Shown: piece by piece, positions 25,901-40,900 of the stretch
Position numbering within the stretch: position 1 is the first letter of the stretch
Layout: each line of letters opens with the position of its first letter
NCBI RefSeq assembly: GCF_036588685.1
Contig: NC_086375.1
Coordinates: 68,076,001-68,140,000, forward strand
Source: Mytilus trossulus
Taxonomy: Eukaryota
Direction: 5' to 3'
Length of the DNA stretch: 64,000 nucleotides
The notes under the pieces: generated by a model
The model's input: the letters and a program-made list of their open reading frames with translations, nothing else
Told to the model about the DNA's origin: nothing
Database searches by the model: none
Position numbers and translations under genes: made by a program

Positions 25901-28900
25901 GAAAGTTAATTTACTTGCCATTCATAGATTATACATGAACGAGACAACAAAGATGGAATTAGAACCACTCCTTGTACAGGCTCTTCATATATGCTATTTT
26001 CACAATCAATTATAATCAATTTATCAGTTTTTATGACATTCAAAAGTTTATGAAATTTTTATTTAGAATTGTATAAAACAAAATCAGTCTTCTGAAAATT
26101 CTGTATATATAAACCCAATTATATACAATTTAGTATTAGAATATGGTTTTTGACTTGTTTAAAGATCTATCGTAAGGAAACGAATGACCATTTAATTTTT
26201 TAGTTAGGGCTTATGATTTTGATGAATCCAACAAAGTATCTTTTTTTATGCTGTGTGAAGCACACATTTTTTTTCTTCTTCAAAGTTGGGAATCATAGTG
26301 GTTTTTTTTTAGAAAATAACTATAAAGAATTACTATTTGACTCCTCAGATTTTAATAGTTGTTTCTTTAAAATTACTACTCAGATGACTTTAGCTAGTAT
26401 ACCACTACGAAGGGGTTTCACATTATCTACAGCCAAATAAGATTTACTTTATCCACCAGGATATACCTGGTTATCATTGGCAAGCTAATTTCCAAAACCT
26501 GTGAATCAGACAAGGCATTCAAAATTCCACAAACCAACACAACTATTTGCTATGAAATCAGGACTATATATGTAGGAGTTATTGGACATGTTGGAATATT
26601 TAAATGCAACATTTCAAGAATTCCCCAAATAATATTGAATTCTTTGCCTAGTTTGACCAATATGAGGAATTCCTCTTAAACATAAAAAGTGATAATGTGT
26701 AAAGATCTTATTAGATGGTGCTAGGTACAAAACAATCAACCTTATTGATTTGAATGGTGGATCCAATACATTCCAGAGGTTAAGCCTGTGTAATACGATT
26801 ATAACAACCATCACAAAGGATGAAACAAATATCAAACCATGACCTTATCAATCATCAGATCATTTCAAATCAATGTATAAATTATCAATATATGTACTTG
26901 CTACAGTACATTAAATGATTCTCGGTTGCAAGAATATTCTATGGTAAAGTTCCACTATTTTATAAGGTATGAATAGCATATAAGAGATGGGGTATACATC
27001 ACTGAAACAGCAACCAAATCTTGAGTACATCATATGGTCTTAACAATTAATCAGATGTTTATATCATATCTCAAATCCTTAATTGTACAAAATATTTAAC
27101 ATGGACAACCAAAGATGCCAATAACCATAACATTATCTAAATAACAAAAAACATTTTGGATATAACACACCACTGACAAGGTTCCTTGACTTAGGGCAAG
27201 CACAAGAACACGTAGAAGGGTTGTGTTAGTTTCTTGACATCTCAATCCCTCTCCACTCAATCTTGATTGATGGAAAATAAAAATCAGGAAAAGCACTTTT
27301 AAAACTCATGAAATAGGCATAATAGATGACATATACAACCATAACACTAACTAATGATAATTTATCAAAGAACAGTAGAAGTTACAGAATGCAAATTCAA
27401 AGTACATAACCTAATAAAACAGCTATTTATAGCTTGCTGTTGGGTGTGAGCCAAGGCTCCATGTTGGAGACCGTACTTTGACCTGTAATGGTTTACTTTT
27501 ACAAATTGTGACTTGGATGGAGAGTTGTCTCGTGCCACATTCTTTTTATATTTAATTCCTAAAAATTCGAACAGAAAAAAAATCTGTTATTATCTGTAAC
27601 TCATTTGTCTGAGTTCTTCTGAGTACAGAAAAACAACAAATGTTATGAGACAAATATTTGTGTTGTACATCCCAACCTGTTACAGTTATTTGTCTTTCTG
27701 TCACTTGTGGGACATGATTTTACAAAATAGCCTTAATATAGTACAGTATTTCCACTTGTAGAGCTATGCATATAACCGGACAATTTAACATTAGATGAAT
27801 GGGAAATGGTTTTGTGCAGGAGAAAACTATGCAATTAACCGAATTATGCTATTAAGCGGTATGCAATTAAGTGGAATCGACTGTAATGATAAATTCTTAA
27901 GAGTTGTAAAAGCCAAGTAATCTGAAAAATAAAATGTTACCAGGTGTCTTTCTTGTAAGATTTGTGAATGAAAAATGTGAAGTGCATGTTATTTTAAAAA
28001 GGAGAACTTTTCAAAACAAAGTTTATATAAAAGTTCAAGACTAAAGTCAAGTAAGAGATTTTGTCAAGGAAAAGGCACATATATGGAGCATTTAGTTTTT
28101 CCTTTCTATATACTTATACACTTGTATTTTTGTTTTTGCACATGTAGTCTGTTGTCCCACATATTTCTTTCATCTGTTTCTTACTATGGATAAGTTCTGA
28201 AACCTTGACAGCTACAATCAGAATATACAGCAGCTGGCAGAAATACAATGGACAGTTAACATTATTGTCTATTGTTTGTTATAAACTTACCACTCCAAAG
28301 AAGGTATCATCAAACGACCCAACTGATCCATTTCTCTGTATGCCTGGTGGAATGTCTGATGTTGGTAGTGATGACCAGGGCTTATGTGATGGTCCCTCAC
28401 CAATAGATGACTTTGGAGACTGGAAAACAAGATTATATATCTATACAATTACACACTTGAATATTTCAATTAAGTTCAATATGTGACACTATCAACACAT
28501 TTCAGTCATTAAAATTGCATATGAAAATCAATTTAAAGGTGACTCCTGTTATACAGATACACATTGCAGTAATTATATAAGTTAAATGCTATTGGTAACA
28601 TGGGAACTAACAGTGAAAGAAAAACTAACTTCAATCATTCAACAAAGAAAATAAGGTCGACATCAGATGTTAGACTGACATATACACCTTATAATGATTC
28701 TATAAACCTAAAATTTGACCAAACCAAGAAAAATGCTGATTGTCAATTATGAGAATTCAATTTGCTGAATAAAAAATACATGCAATATAGCATCATTGTT
28801 TTCCAAACACTTACTCAACTCGGGAACTTAAATTACGATGCCCCTAAACGCACAAATGACGTTCATTAAAACCAAAGTTTTTGACGGAAATGCATCTAAC

Positions 28901-31900
28901 TTGAAAGTGGTCTATTGACATACTGTAAAAGCATATATTTTTGGTTGCAGTTTCAATTTACCATTTTCCCAAAAGAAATTGTAACCTTCAAAAAATATTA
29001 CTTTCACATACATGTACATGCAATAAATCCATAAAAAGTTAATTCCAATGAAATCAAATTTAGAAACGATAACACTAAAATTTAATCTAATGTTTCTTCA
29101 TAATATCCGATACCCCAAATTTTTTTTCCATCATTTTACATTTTAGGCAGAAATATCATAGATAATTTCCAAAATTGCAAGAGCTCTAATGCCAAAATCT
29201 ATGTTTGTTATGAATATAAATAAAAAAGCTATCCATGTAAAATTTGAAGCTGACATAATAATTAGTTAAATCAGTTCTTAATTTCATCAGGAGGGAATAG
29301 AAATGACTGATATTAGCCCTTTAATTTCAATGTTCATACACATGTATAACCAGAAGAAGTGTTACAATCAGTCAATGCCTTAGTAACCTTTGCTGGAAAG
29401 TTAGATTCCTGGAGCTAATTATTTTACTGAACTTTTTAAACTAATACTGATATAAAAAACATCAAATATGAATACTGAATTCATTCTCAATAAGGTCACA
29501 TCTACATAATTAGGTTATTTTTATTGGTTTTTAATATTTCATAAAAGTCATGTATTAATTATTAAATGGTTCTTTGAATGAAAAATACAAAAATTCAGCC
29601 ATACTTGTAAAATAAATTTTAATTAAATCTTATGAAAATCACTACATGTCTAAAAGGCCATACTATTTTGCAATAAATAAAGAAAAAATAAACCCTACAA
29701 ATCTTATTCTACAATGTGTGAGTCTTCCAAACAAATCTTATTCTACAATGTGTGAGTCTTCCAAACAAATCGTATTCTACAATGTGTGAGTCTTCCAAAC
29801 AAATCGTATTCTACAATGTGCAAGTCTTCCAAACAAATCGTATTCTACAATGTGTGAGTCTTCCAAACAAATCGTATTCTACAATGTGCAAGTCTTCCAA
29901 ACAAATCTTATTCTACAATGTGCAAGTCTTCCAAACAAATCTTATTCTACAATGTGTGAGTCTTCCAAACAAATCTTATTCTACAATGTGCAAGTCTTCC
30001 AAACAAATCTTATTCTACAATGTGCAAGTCTTCCAAACAAATCTTATTCTACAATGTGTGAGTCTTCCAAACAAATCTTATTCTACAATGTGCAAGTCTT
30101 CCAAACAAATCTTATTCTACAATGTGTGAGTCTTCCAAAAAAAAGTTTGTGTTGTCAGTCTTGGTATTGTGAATCCTAAAAATCAACCTGATCGAAAACA
30201 TAGAATGCAGGCAGAACTTCATGTACTGTACAAGAATTTGTTCCATTCTGGATGAAATCTGCCCAACTGTATTCAAGATGTTGCAGATGAATAAAATGTG
30301 ACACAGACAATGCAGAAGTTGATGATAAATGACACAATAAGTGGTCCTTATACAACACAAAAAAGCCTGGTGTCATGCCAAACCACTTAATATTTAATTG
30401 AAATGGAGGGATGTCGATTTTTTCTAGTTAAAAAAAGTAGAATCATTATGGTGAAATACATATTTATTAAAAAGGTATTATTCTCAGGATGTTAACTTAC
30501 CAAAACAAGATAATTTGTACTTAAATAATTAAACGTGATCAATGTACAATAGATCACTTAGTTAACTTATTCTTCTCAATCAAAACACGTTTTTCTTTCT
30601 TCTCAATCAAAATACCAAAAAAACAGAATCTTTTACAAGATTTTGTGACTTCGTAAACAAATATTTAACCTTTGATGATGTGTTTATAGCACAAAGCATT
30701 ACAGATTATGACAAATTTTCACTATGTGACCACACAAATCTAGACATTAATTGCAAATTCTTGACACCTTATAAATTATACATTACATCACCAAAGAAAA
30801 TAACAAATACTGAAAATGTATTCAAATCATATTAAAAGTTTCACTTGACCAAGTTTATAACACTTAACATGCTAATGGGATAAACGCACTCTGACCTTGA
30901 GTTTCTAAATATATAACAAGTTACTTTATGTTCTGTTCATTTTCAGAACAAGAAAAAGAAATTGTCATAAAATTATTTTTATTTAAAATGATTTTAATAT
31001 ATGAAATAAAAAATTGCCCCAATTTTTATTAGGTTAGGCTTTGATGGACTTCGATGTGGAAATTTCTGGAATTTTTCCTCAAACCATTAAAAGTATGTCA
31101 ATTTGTCTGTAAAACTCTAACCTAATAGCCAATGATGATTAAAAATCAATCATAATTCAAGATCATTTTAGTTTATGGTGTACTTTAGAGGAAATTTATC
31201 ATCCCTTAATGCAAATTTGGAGTAAAGCATAAGATAAAAGAAAGAAATGTCATTTAACACTGATAATGAACATCTGTATCCTAAAATTTAAAACTTTTTT
31301 TCACTTCTAGAAATGAATATCAATAAAAAAATATATATATTAATATTATGTTGATAGTCCTTTATATAAAGCTTTATTACAATTTACATAAATTTAACAT
31401 TAACCAAAATAACTAAACATTGACCAATGAACCATGAAAATGAGGTCAAGGTCAGATAAACAATGCTAGACAAACATGTACAGCTAACAATTCTTCCATA
31501 CAACAAATATAGTTGTTAAATACTTATTGCTTAATAGTTTAAGAAAAACAGATCAAAACACAAAAACTTAATACTGAACAATGAACCTTGAAAATGAGGT
31601 CAAGGTCAAATAAAACCTGTGCAACTGACATAAAGATGATAAAATATTTCCATACACCAAATAAAGTTGACCTATGGCATAAAGTATTAGATAAAAAGAT
31701 CAAAACTCAAAAACATAACTAACTACTGAACCATGAAAATAAGATCAAGGTCAAATGACATCAGCCAGCTAAACATGTACACCTTACAATCATTCCATAC
31801 AACAAACATAGTAGACCTATTGCATAAAGTATGACATGTACACCTAACAGTCCATCTAACAGTCCTTCCAGACACCGAAAATATTCTAGACCTATTGCTT

Positions 31901-34900
31901 ATAGTATCCAAGATATGGACTTGACCACCAAAACTTAACCTTGTTCACTGATCCATGGAATGATATCCAGGTCAATTTAAATCTGTCTGACAGACATGAG
32001 GACCTTCCAAGGTAAGCACATACCAAATATGGTTATCCTCTTAGTTATAATAAGAGAGAATTTAACATTACAAAAAATCTTAACATTTTTTTCAAGTGGT
32101 CACTGAACCATACAAATGAAGTCAAAGACATTGAACATGTGAATGACGGAAACTTCATAACATGAGGCATCTATATACAAAGTATGAAGCATCCAGGTCT
32201 ACTACCCTTCTAAAATATAAAACTTTTAAAAAGTTAGCTAATGCCACTGCCACTGCTGCCAGATCACCATTCCTATGTCAGTCTTTCTGCAACTTTTGTG
32301 GCTTGACAACTAGATCAACAAAGGACATATTCCCCAACTTTGTTATTTGGTGGTTGCAATATATGATACTCCAATGTTTAAAATGTCCTTTATTCTTATT
32401 ATCAAAAATGGACATTTAGGTTGGCTAAACTTGGTTTGTAAAATCACCAAATACTGTTTTCAAACTTAAACTAAAGGCATCATTAACTTTCAGGTTCATT
32501 CCCTTCAGCAAAGTGGCTCATGTTAGTTTGTGTATAATGGACAACAATTGCAATAACTCACACTGAGTACTTATTAGTATCAAGCTACAGGAATCTTTAG
32601 AAATGGTCCATACACAAGTTTAATTACCTTTATGTTGCTAGTTTTTTTGTGTGTAAAGACTTCTACAAATTCAATATGTTAACTTTCAAACTTTAGATAT
32701 ACTCAAAAGTATATAAAATAGTTTAAAGGACCTGCTTTAGTCCTGTCTTAAACTTTTAAACCATTTATATAAAGGTTGCTATAAAGATTTTTTTATAATC
32801 TGAATAAAAGACTTTTGGGTTGATTATTTATGAGGCAGCAACCAACAAACAAACAGAAAACCAAGTTTATAACTGTAACATATTTCTAATCTTATAATTG
32901 ATGTTTTAGCACAAATTATTAAAGCAGTTATTGAAAAAATATTGAATGCTACCATTAAGCTTACTAGTTACCTAATTAAATTACCATTTCTTGTTACTTT
33001 AAATGGATGATTAGTGTTTTAAAGAATAGTTTAAATCCACAGTAGTTATTATGAATGGCGTCAAGCGATACTACTAGGCGAGAACACTGTATCGTTTTAC
33101 TGTCAGAATCTATACAAGATTGCATGTTGACATCACATTCACTGGAAGATGAGCAACCTAATACAAGCCTAAAGAAATGTTTTAATAGTCAAATATTGAC
33201 CTTTAAAAGATTTGTTTACATGCCATACATGCCTACCCTATACACCCAAGAATGCTGTGACCTAGTTTTTAATTAATCAAAACTATATAAGTTTTCAATG
33301 CCTCTTTTTAATGCTGTCCGTAAATAAAACTTAACACTCCCAATTCAAAAGCAAAAATAATACTGGGTGAACCATTTAAAAGGCTAAATTAATCTTTAAA
33401 AAGATCTACTCGACATATGAGAGACTAGACACAGTCTCTACACTCCAATATGAGGCTTTAAACAGATAAAGAATTAAAAACTGAGGTCTAGCTGTGCCTC
33501 AAATTTAGATGCCAAGCAAAACGGCTTTTCAAAAAGAAAAAAAATATACAAGTACAAATTAAATCATTTAAAAATATATATAGTTCCCTCAGCACCTAAT
33601 AAATGTAAAGTCCCCCTGGTTTTTGATGGGGTTCAGGTTGCCCAATCTTTAGTTTTCTGAGAAGTGCATTATCATACCCTATGTAAACAATTAATTTCAG
33701 TTCATTTTTGTACATTTCAGTATAAACATTCACTCTTTAAAAGTTTTAAACAAAATAAAGGCTGTTAGAATTTTATTTTTAGCTTGTTTTTTAAATGAAA
33801 AATATAATATATACATATATAAGCATTAACTTTTTAGATAAAACATGAAACTAATCAGGAATAACACTGACAACTTATATAAGCCATATATTTATATAAA
33901 ATGTTGACATTTATATTCACTATAATCCTCTTACAAAATAATAACAAGAGATAGAGTTCTTTATAATCTCTATATCATTTATCTCATCAAGTATCTAGGA
34001 ACTTAAATTCTTACAGTATCTTTAATAACATAAGAACAAAAGAACTGTGTCAAAATAACACCTTTAAAGAAATATGAGTATACAACTTCATAGGGCTCAT
34101 TGATATGGAACATTTGGCTATCACAGACTGCAGAAGTTTACACTTCGCAAACAATAGATATATTCATGATATGTCACAAGGACACTTCATAAACAAAATA
34201 ATTCAAATTAAGTCAAGGGTATGATCTACTTTTTACTCATAAAGAATGACATTCAGTAGACAGACCAGACCAGATATTGTTACAATGTAATATTTAGTGT
34301 TTAACAGTGTTACAATGTAACATTTAGTGTTTAACAGTGTTACAATGTAACATTTAGTGTTTAACAGTGTTACAATGTAACATTTAGTGTTAAACAGTGT
34401 TACAATGTAACATTTACCATTTAGTGTTTAAAAGTGTTACAATGTAATATTTAGTGTTTAAAAGTGTTACAATGTAACATTATATAAATAACACATAGCT
34501 GAGAGGGTGATAGAGCAGATTGTTAGATAACATTTTATTTTGACAGTCAAATTATAAAATCTGAGAAAGAAGGTAGAACCATTCATTGTCTCGAAATATC
34601 AATCGGGTATTTGTACTCGGCTCGAAACAGGTAGAAATGCTCGGCACAGCCTCGATTTCTACCTGTTTCTAAGCCTCGTACAAATAACATTGATATTTCG
34701 GGACAATGTAAGGTTATTCTATATTTAACAGTGTTACAATGCATTAGTGTTTTCAGTCTCCAAAAAATCCTTACTTTAGTTACAAATGTTGCCACCAAAA
34801 ATATATGTGATCAGTGATAACAAATTCATACTACACTTCTTCATTTGTATCATATATGGCAAAGCCAATGTTATAGGGTAAATTTCAGATACATTAAAGT

Positions 34901-37900
34901 GCCTTTTAAGAATGACCAAAGGAATATTATCACTTAATACAATATTTAAAAAGAAGATGTGGTATGATTACCAATGAGTCAACTCTCAATAGAGGTTGAA
35001 CTAAAATAACAAGAAAAGAGCAGTCAATTTAATACAGCAAAATATTTTTTCTGGTTTTTTTAAGGCACTGTCAGGTTTGTTTGACCTGCAAGGTTTTGTG
35101 CCTATTTTGAAATGTACCAAGAACCCATAACTTTTGAATAGCAAAAGTGAAAATCATTTATTTGAAATTGACCTAATACCAATATATCAAAGTTTGCAAA
35201 GCATTGGTTGGTCAAACTGAGACAACATATTACAGTGCAATTTTAAAATTTATCTAGGACCATTACTCTCAAACAGTATAAGTCAAAATCGTCAAAATTA
35301 AATTTCACCTGCATTTTGTTATCACTAACACAATATCAAAATTTGAAAAAAAAGCATTGTTTGAAGGGTTCATAAGTTATTGCAGGGAAACAACTAAAGT
35401 GCCGTTTTCCAATCTATAAAGGAACATATCTCCTTTTTTGCATAATTTTAAATTATTAATTGACCAGTGAATGTTTCTGTAATCAGACTGGAGTACAAGC
35501 TAGCTAATGCCATATTTGTTATCATTTATTTAACAAGGTCACATGAATATTCATTACCTTTTTCTTGGCAGGTGATGTGTATTCCTGACATTGTATGTAG
35601 CCACCAACACCTACAAAATAGTAATGATAAACATGTTTATAGTTGTGTCATGACTTTAACAATCAGTAATAAGAGATATAGTATAATAAACAGCTTTGTC
35701 TTTCCTTTCCTGCCATTAACAGGTTTTTATTAATACTGACATTAAGTGGCTGGTGCAATGCCTTATAACAGACATAACAAATTGTTTGTTGTTTTTTAGG
35801 CCTTAAAAAGCCTAAACATGCAATAAATTAAGTGCCAACAAGGGCATACGGCCACAACTTTTATACTTATTCATTTCCTGCATTTGGTTTCTCCTTGAGG
35901 ATCAACCTTCACCAATAAATTATGTGGGTGGTGTTTTCTTGCAATTATATTATTTATGTACCTAATCTTTGTATGTTCATGATTGAGAAACTAGTAAATA
36001 TATTAAATCTGAGTTACTGAATCATCCAATGTGCATCAATAATTCAATACTTGAAACATGAAGAAAAAATCAATTTTCCGCAATTTTATTCAACATGTGA
36101 AATATATTTAGTGGGCAGATAATTTCCACAGGTTTATAGGTTTTAATAACACAAATCTACTCCTACATAGTATTTCTGATATCTTTGCTTTATGGAGGGA
36201 TAAAAGTAAATGTTAATCATTTCTCTATATAATAGAAAAAACAAAGAATATGGGGTTGGCAACTTGCCATCAATTAGACAAAATTAGTGCACTCATCCAA
36301 ATAGGAAAGGAACAGTGCTTTTACCGATGTTCTTCATCTTAAAGTTACAGTGAGGCATTGACACAGGGCAAATAGAACTCTCACCACACTGCAAATTAAT
36401 AAAGATGGGCTCTAGCACCAGTTTAAGTGGCATTCTGTGCTCTAAATGTTTGCCTCAATTAAATGATGTCCAAAGTATTGTAAGCCATTAGATATTTTCC
36501 AAATATAATTTCAGGATTTATCCTATATTTACAGAATCATGCATATTGCCTAGCCTGAGTTGCTAACTTTTAATTTAATGTATCTATTGCGATCCTTTGG
36601 AACTCTTAACATTATTTTTTTGAAAAAAATTCAGCGAGTTTTCATTTCTTTTTTTTAAACTTGTAATTAGGTGATGAAATTCACATGTAATGAACAAATA
36701 CATGCAATACATCAGAAGTTTGGTGAAGTGATAACTTGTATATCAATGATACAAGGTCAGGACAGCAATAATCATGCATGATTATTTAGGTATGTAGGTC
36801 GACTCAATCTTCCTGACAGCAAAATCTTATATATGTTGTCAACTTCATTAAATATTAAAATAAATGTTAAATATATGCAGTGCTATATCACATTCAGAAT
36901 ATTTCTAATTCTTCACAAGGATAAAATATGTTACATGTTTATAACAATTCCTTGGATGTTTGTTGTTTGAATAAGATGTGGACACAGAAGTATGTCTCAC
37001 CTAACTGCACTAAAGACTGCTTAAAAGGTTGTTGGTCTTTCCATTTGTATAAAATGTACTGTATAAATCTAGAGGTATACTAATATTACTGCAACCTCAA
37101 TAAGTGCAGGTTTGGTAAGATTTGTAAAGCTTGCTTTAAGTGCTGCTTACAACTGACGAACAATTGTAATACTCTATATCAATAGATCTTCTGAAGAAGG
37201 TTTGATATGTAAATGCAAAAGCAAGTAATTCTTGAAACTAGCACAACCCTATATGGTACAAGGTTAAACTTTCTTTCTGAACCTGATAACACCCTTAAAA
37301 AGAAACCCCCCATCTATCTACTACCACCTAAGGATGGACTGCCTATGCACCTTTATTGGTTTAGCACACCACATCAATGTTTAAAATATTTGTAAACGCA
37401 ATGTTAAAGACAACGTGACCCAACAAAATGTCATTATCCTCAACAGCTGGTGTAGGTTTACAACCTAGTCATATCTCATATGTCAAACTTACTATTGATA
37501 TTTTACTGTAAAAATTGTTATGACATAATTTTAAACCAGTGTAAAATGTCTTGCATTGAGAACGGGAAAAATCATTTCTTGTTTATATCGATAATACATA
37601 AAGAATTTGGTTTTGATATTAAATGTTGACAGACTTATTCTATGTTACCTTGAGAAATGACAAGTTTTAGCAATGCAAAAAACTGCCAACAATTCTTTAA
37701 TCTTATGATTTTTAAAGGATAATTTAAAATCAAGCAAAAATAGGAAAGCATTGTTGTATGACAATAGTAAAAGGAAAAATATTTGGTACATTCTTTAATT
37801 CCTTTAAAAAAAAATAATTAAGCATTATGAAATTCCATCATATTATGTAATGCATAGCAAAATTGTTTAATGTTTCTTCCCACAAACCACAACCATAATT

Positions 37901-40900
37901 GATTGTAGGCTAATATGTAAACATGAACTGGAGTAGTAGGAATTTAGGGTAGGTAAAAGTAGTCTTTAGTAAACACATCAAACGTTAACATAATATCTTT
38001 ATAAGCTTTACCACAAAATTGTTCAATAATTGATTGAACCATTACTGCTAAAATATTCAGTGAAAAAGTGTTACAGGCATACTAAGGAAAATAATATGCT
38101 ATATAAATATACCCAGAATTGTTCTACAGCTATGTGCTGTGTCTGATTTTTAATAATCTAGCTCACAGAGTTACAATCTAAATGATGGCATGTCACCAAC
38201 ACCCTTTCTTACTTCTTCACATGTTTAGAAGAGAATCAGCAAATTATTTCATTGACTCACAAGACAACTCAGCTGCCAAGAGATTATCAATTGGGTTAAA
38301 TTTTGCAAAATATAATTCCCAATAACAATATTATTACAAATATTCAGTAAATTGAAGAAGTTGCTTGCACTGTTACACTAAGTATACACTACTAGACAAG
38401 AAAAGTCAAAGGCTTAATAGGTTTGATAAAATTTCTTAGTTACTAATGGCTTAAAGGAAAGACTTTCCAGCAGATGTGAAATCTCTTATACAGTGTAACT
38501 GAATATTATTAACTTTGCATGACCAACAAGATGGGTGCTACATGTGGAGCAGGATTTGCTTACACTTCAGGAGCACTCAAGATCACTTCCATGTTTAGAT
38601 GGGGTTTGTGTTGTTTTTGAGTCTTTAGTTTTCTGTCTTGTGTTTTGTGTACTGTTGTTGGTTTATCTTTTTCATTTTTAGCCATGGGGTTATCCATTAA
38701 TTTTCAACTTATCAGTTTTAATGTCACTTTGGTAATGTTAACCTCTCTTTCAGACTAACATCCCAAATCAGTCTTTAATAAAGAACAACAGGACCAAGGG
38801 ACAAACAAGGTGATTGCAGTATACTCTTTGAGTGGGGTACTATAATATGCATGTTGTACAATAGAAGCAAACAAAATAGCTATTGAAAAGATATGAAGGA
38901 GAAAGGACAAGAAATTATTTTTGATTCATTACATTTGTTATAAAATTCCAGTTACCAGTATACACAATTTTTCACTTTTTTCCTAAAAGTTTTGTTCAGT
39001 AGGAGGTATAAATCAGAAAGAAAGTTTATATGGTATTGATATCAAGGTATAAATCAGAAAGAAAGAAAGTTTATATGGTATTGATATCAATCATCTAAGT
39101 AAATGTTTTACTACTTTTATGTAATTGAGAACATATTGAATCAAAGATGAGACCCCCTTTAATTTTGTACTGTAATTACAGGATTAAGGATTTTCTTCTT
39201 TTTATATTGAATGGATGATATTAACACCCTTTGAATAAATGCATGTGATAAAATAGTCAGGTATTGAATAACTTATTGCATATTCAAAGTTAGACCTGAA
39301 TGTCTGCAATTAAAATCTTATGATTCATACTGTAATGTCAAAACACAATCTTAATCTTTCTGATGAGAGATGACATGCAAAATTTATCAAGGTATCAAGC
39401 ATGTCTTTTAGACATTTAGATTTTATTTTGCTTTCAACTTTTTCATCTATAATAAGGATCTATAAGACAGGCAGAAATTTTAAACTTTTAAAATTCTCAA
39501 CACTGCATGTTATTTCCCAAATTCTTAACACTGCTGGTTATTTCATGACAGCTGTAGCACTTAGTCCATTTTAGTCTCCAATGGTGATTCATAGTTTCAG
39601 ATTTATCAACTCTACATCTTAAAGATGTCAGGACTGTCTCCAACAATAAATCAGATTGAGAAAAATAGGGCTGACATACATTTTTTTCTGGAGTGGGCTT
39701 AACATTTTCTGATGATGCAAAAAAGATGAGAAACTGCATTACCAATGAAAACGGTTCCAAGCCGACAGGTAAAACCCATTCAGATCCAACCACCCCTACT
39801 GTTGCTTTATTCCCTTCTACATTGACTGCTTTATTTATTTACTTATAAGTGTAAAAGTAATTTAAAAATTGTTTTTTTGTAATGACATTTTAAAACTGTG
39901 AAGCACACTTCTATCAAATTGTTTCATTAAAATCATAAAGTGTAGTTTGATCATATTTTGAGGCAAGAACAAATGAAGTCTGACAAGTTCTGTTAAATCT
40001 AAGGAAAATACCCAATAAAATGAGTTCAGGATATATTGTCACTATCATAAATGAATGACATCCCTAACATGTAATTGTTATCAGATAGCAGTAAGACCAT
40101 ACACTAACAAGATACAGATTAGACCACTCGTTTAAACAAACATTGTAAGATATACTGAACAAACTCCACTTATTATCACAATACTGTACTCTCTTACTTA
40201 AGGGAACATTCAGTTTAGCTAGACTATTGTTGTGACCATATATTTGTATACATACTTAATATTCAGAACAAAAAAATCTTCATTTAATCTTTTTTAAATT
40301 ATACCTAACATGTTTTTCCCCAACATTTCTCTTTTAATTAAGGATAATTTTTGATATGGTTTATTTCACAATTAATGCAAAGTATTCATAAAATAACCTT
40401 AAAATAATGGTAAACTGCTTTTATGCCTATGCCCTTGACTTTAATACTGTACTTCTACCAATAACTGTCAAGATGAAAATAGCAAAAAGCACTTCCTGGT
40501 GTCCTACACGCTCCCTTGGGCGGTGTTGGGTGGGCATTGTTCTGGTGGTAGGATAAAATTGTGTAGGACACATCTCCATTAATCCTTAGGGAGTGTACAT
40601 GGATCCGCTGTACCCTTGCACTCAATCAAGGTGGCGCGTCTAAATTGGCGGAATATCAAGTCAATACATATATACTTCAAATGGACCCAAAATTGGAATA
40701 GTCGTTTCCTATGCATATTTTAATAATAATAACGATAAGTAGTTATATAGCCGTGGGTATGCACTATTTTTGCGCAAGTTTTATGCCTCTGAACTTCCTG
40801 TGTAAGACACAGATGTGAAGCCCACCTCTCTAGAAAACCAAGTTTAAGCCGATTTCAATTTTCCAAGTCCGTATTTGTGCTCAAAATGCTTCTTTTACAT

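Noticed and set aside
29752-30179. Repetitive ORFs and a CRISPR-like regular array
   Set aside because: Pure tandem 34-bp units with no unique spacers, no cas genes, and a eukaryotic context.
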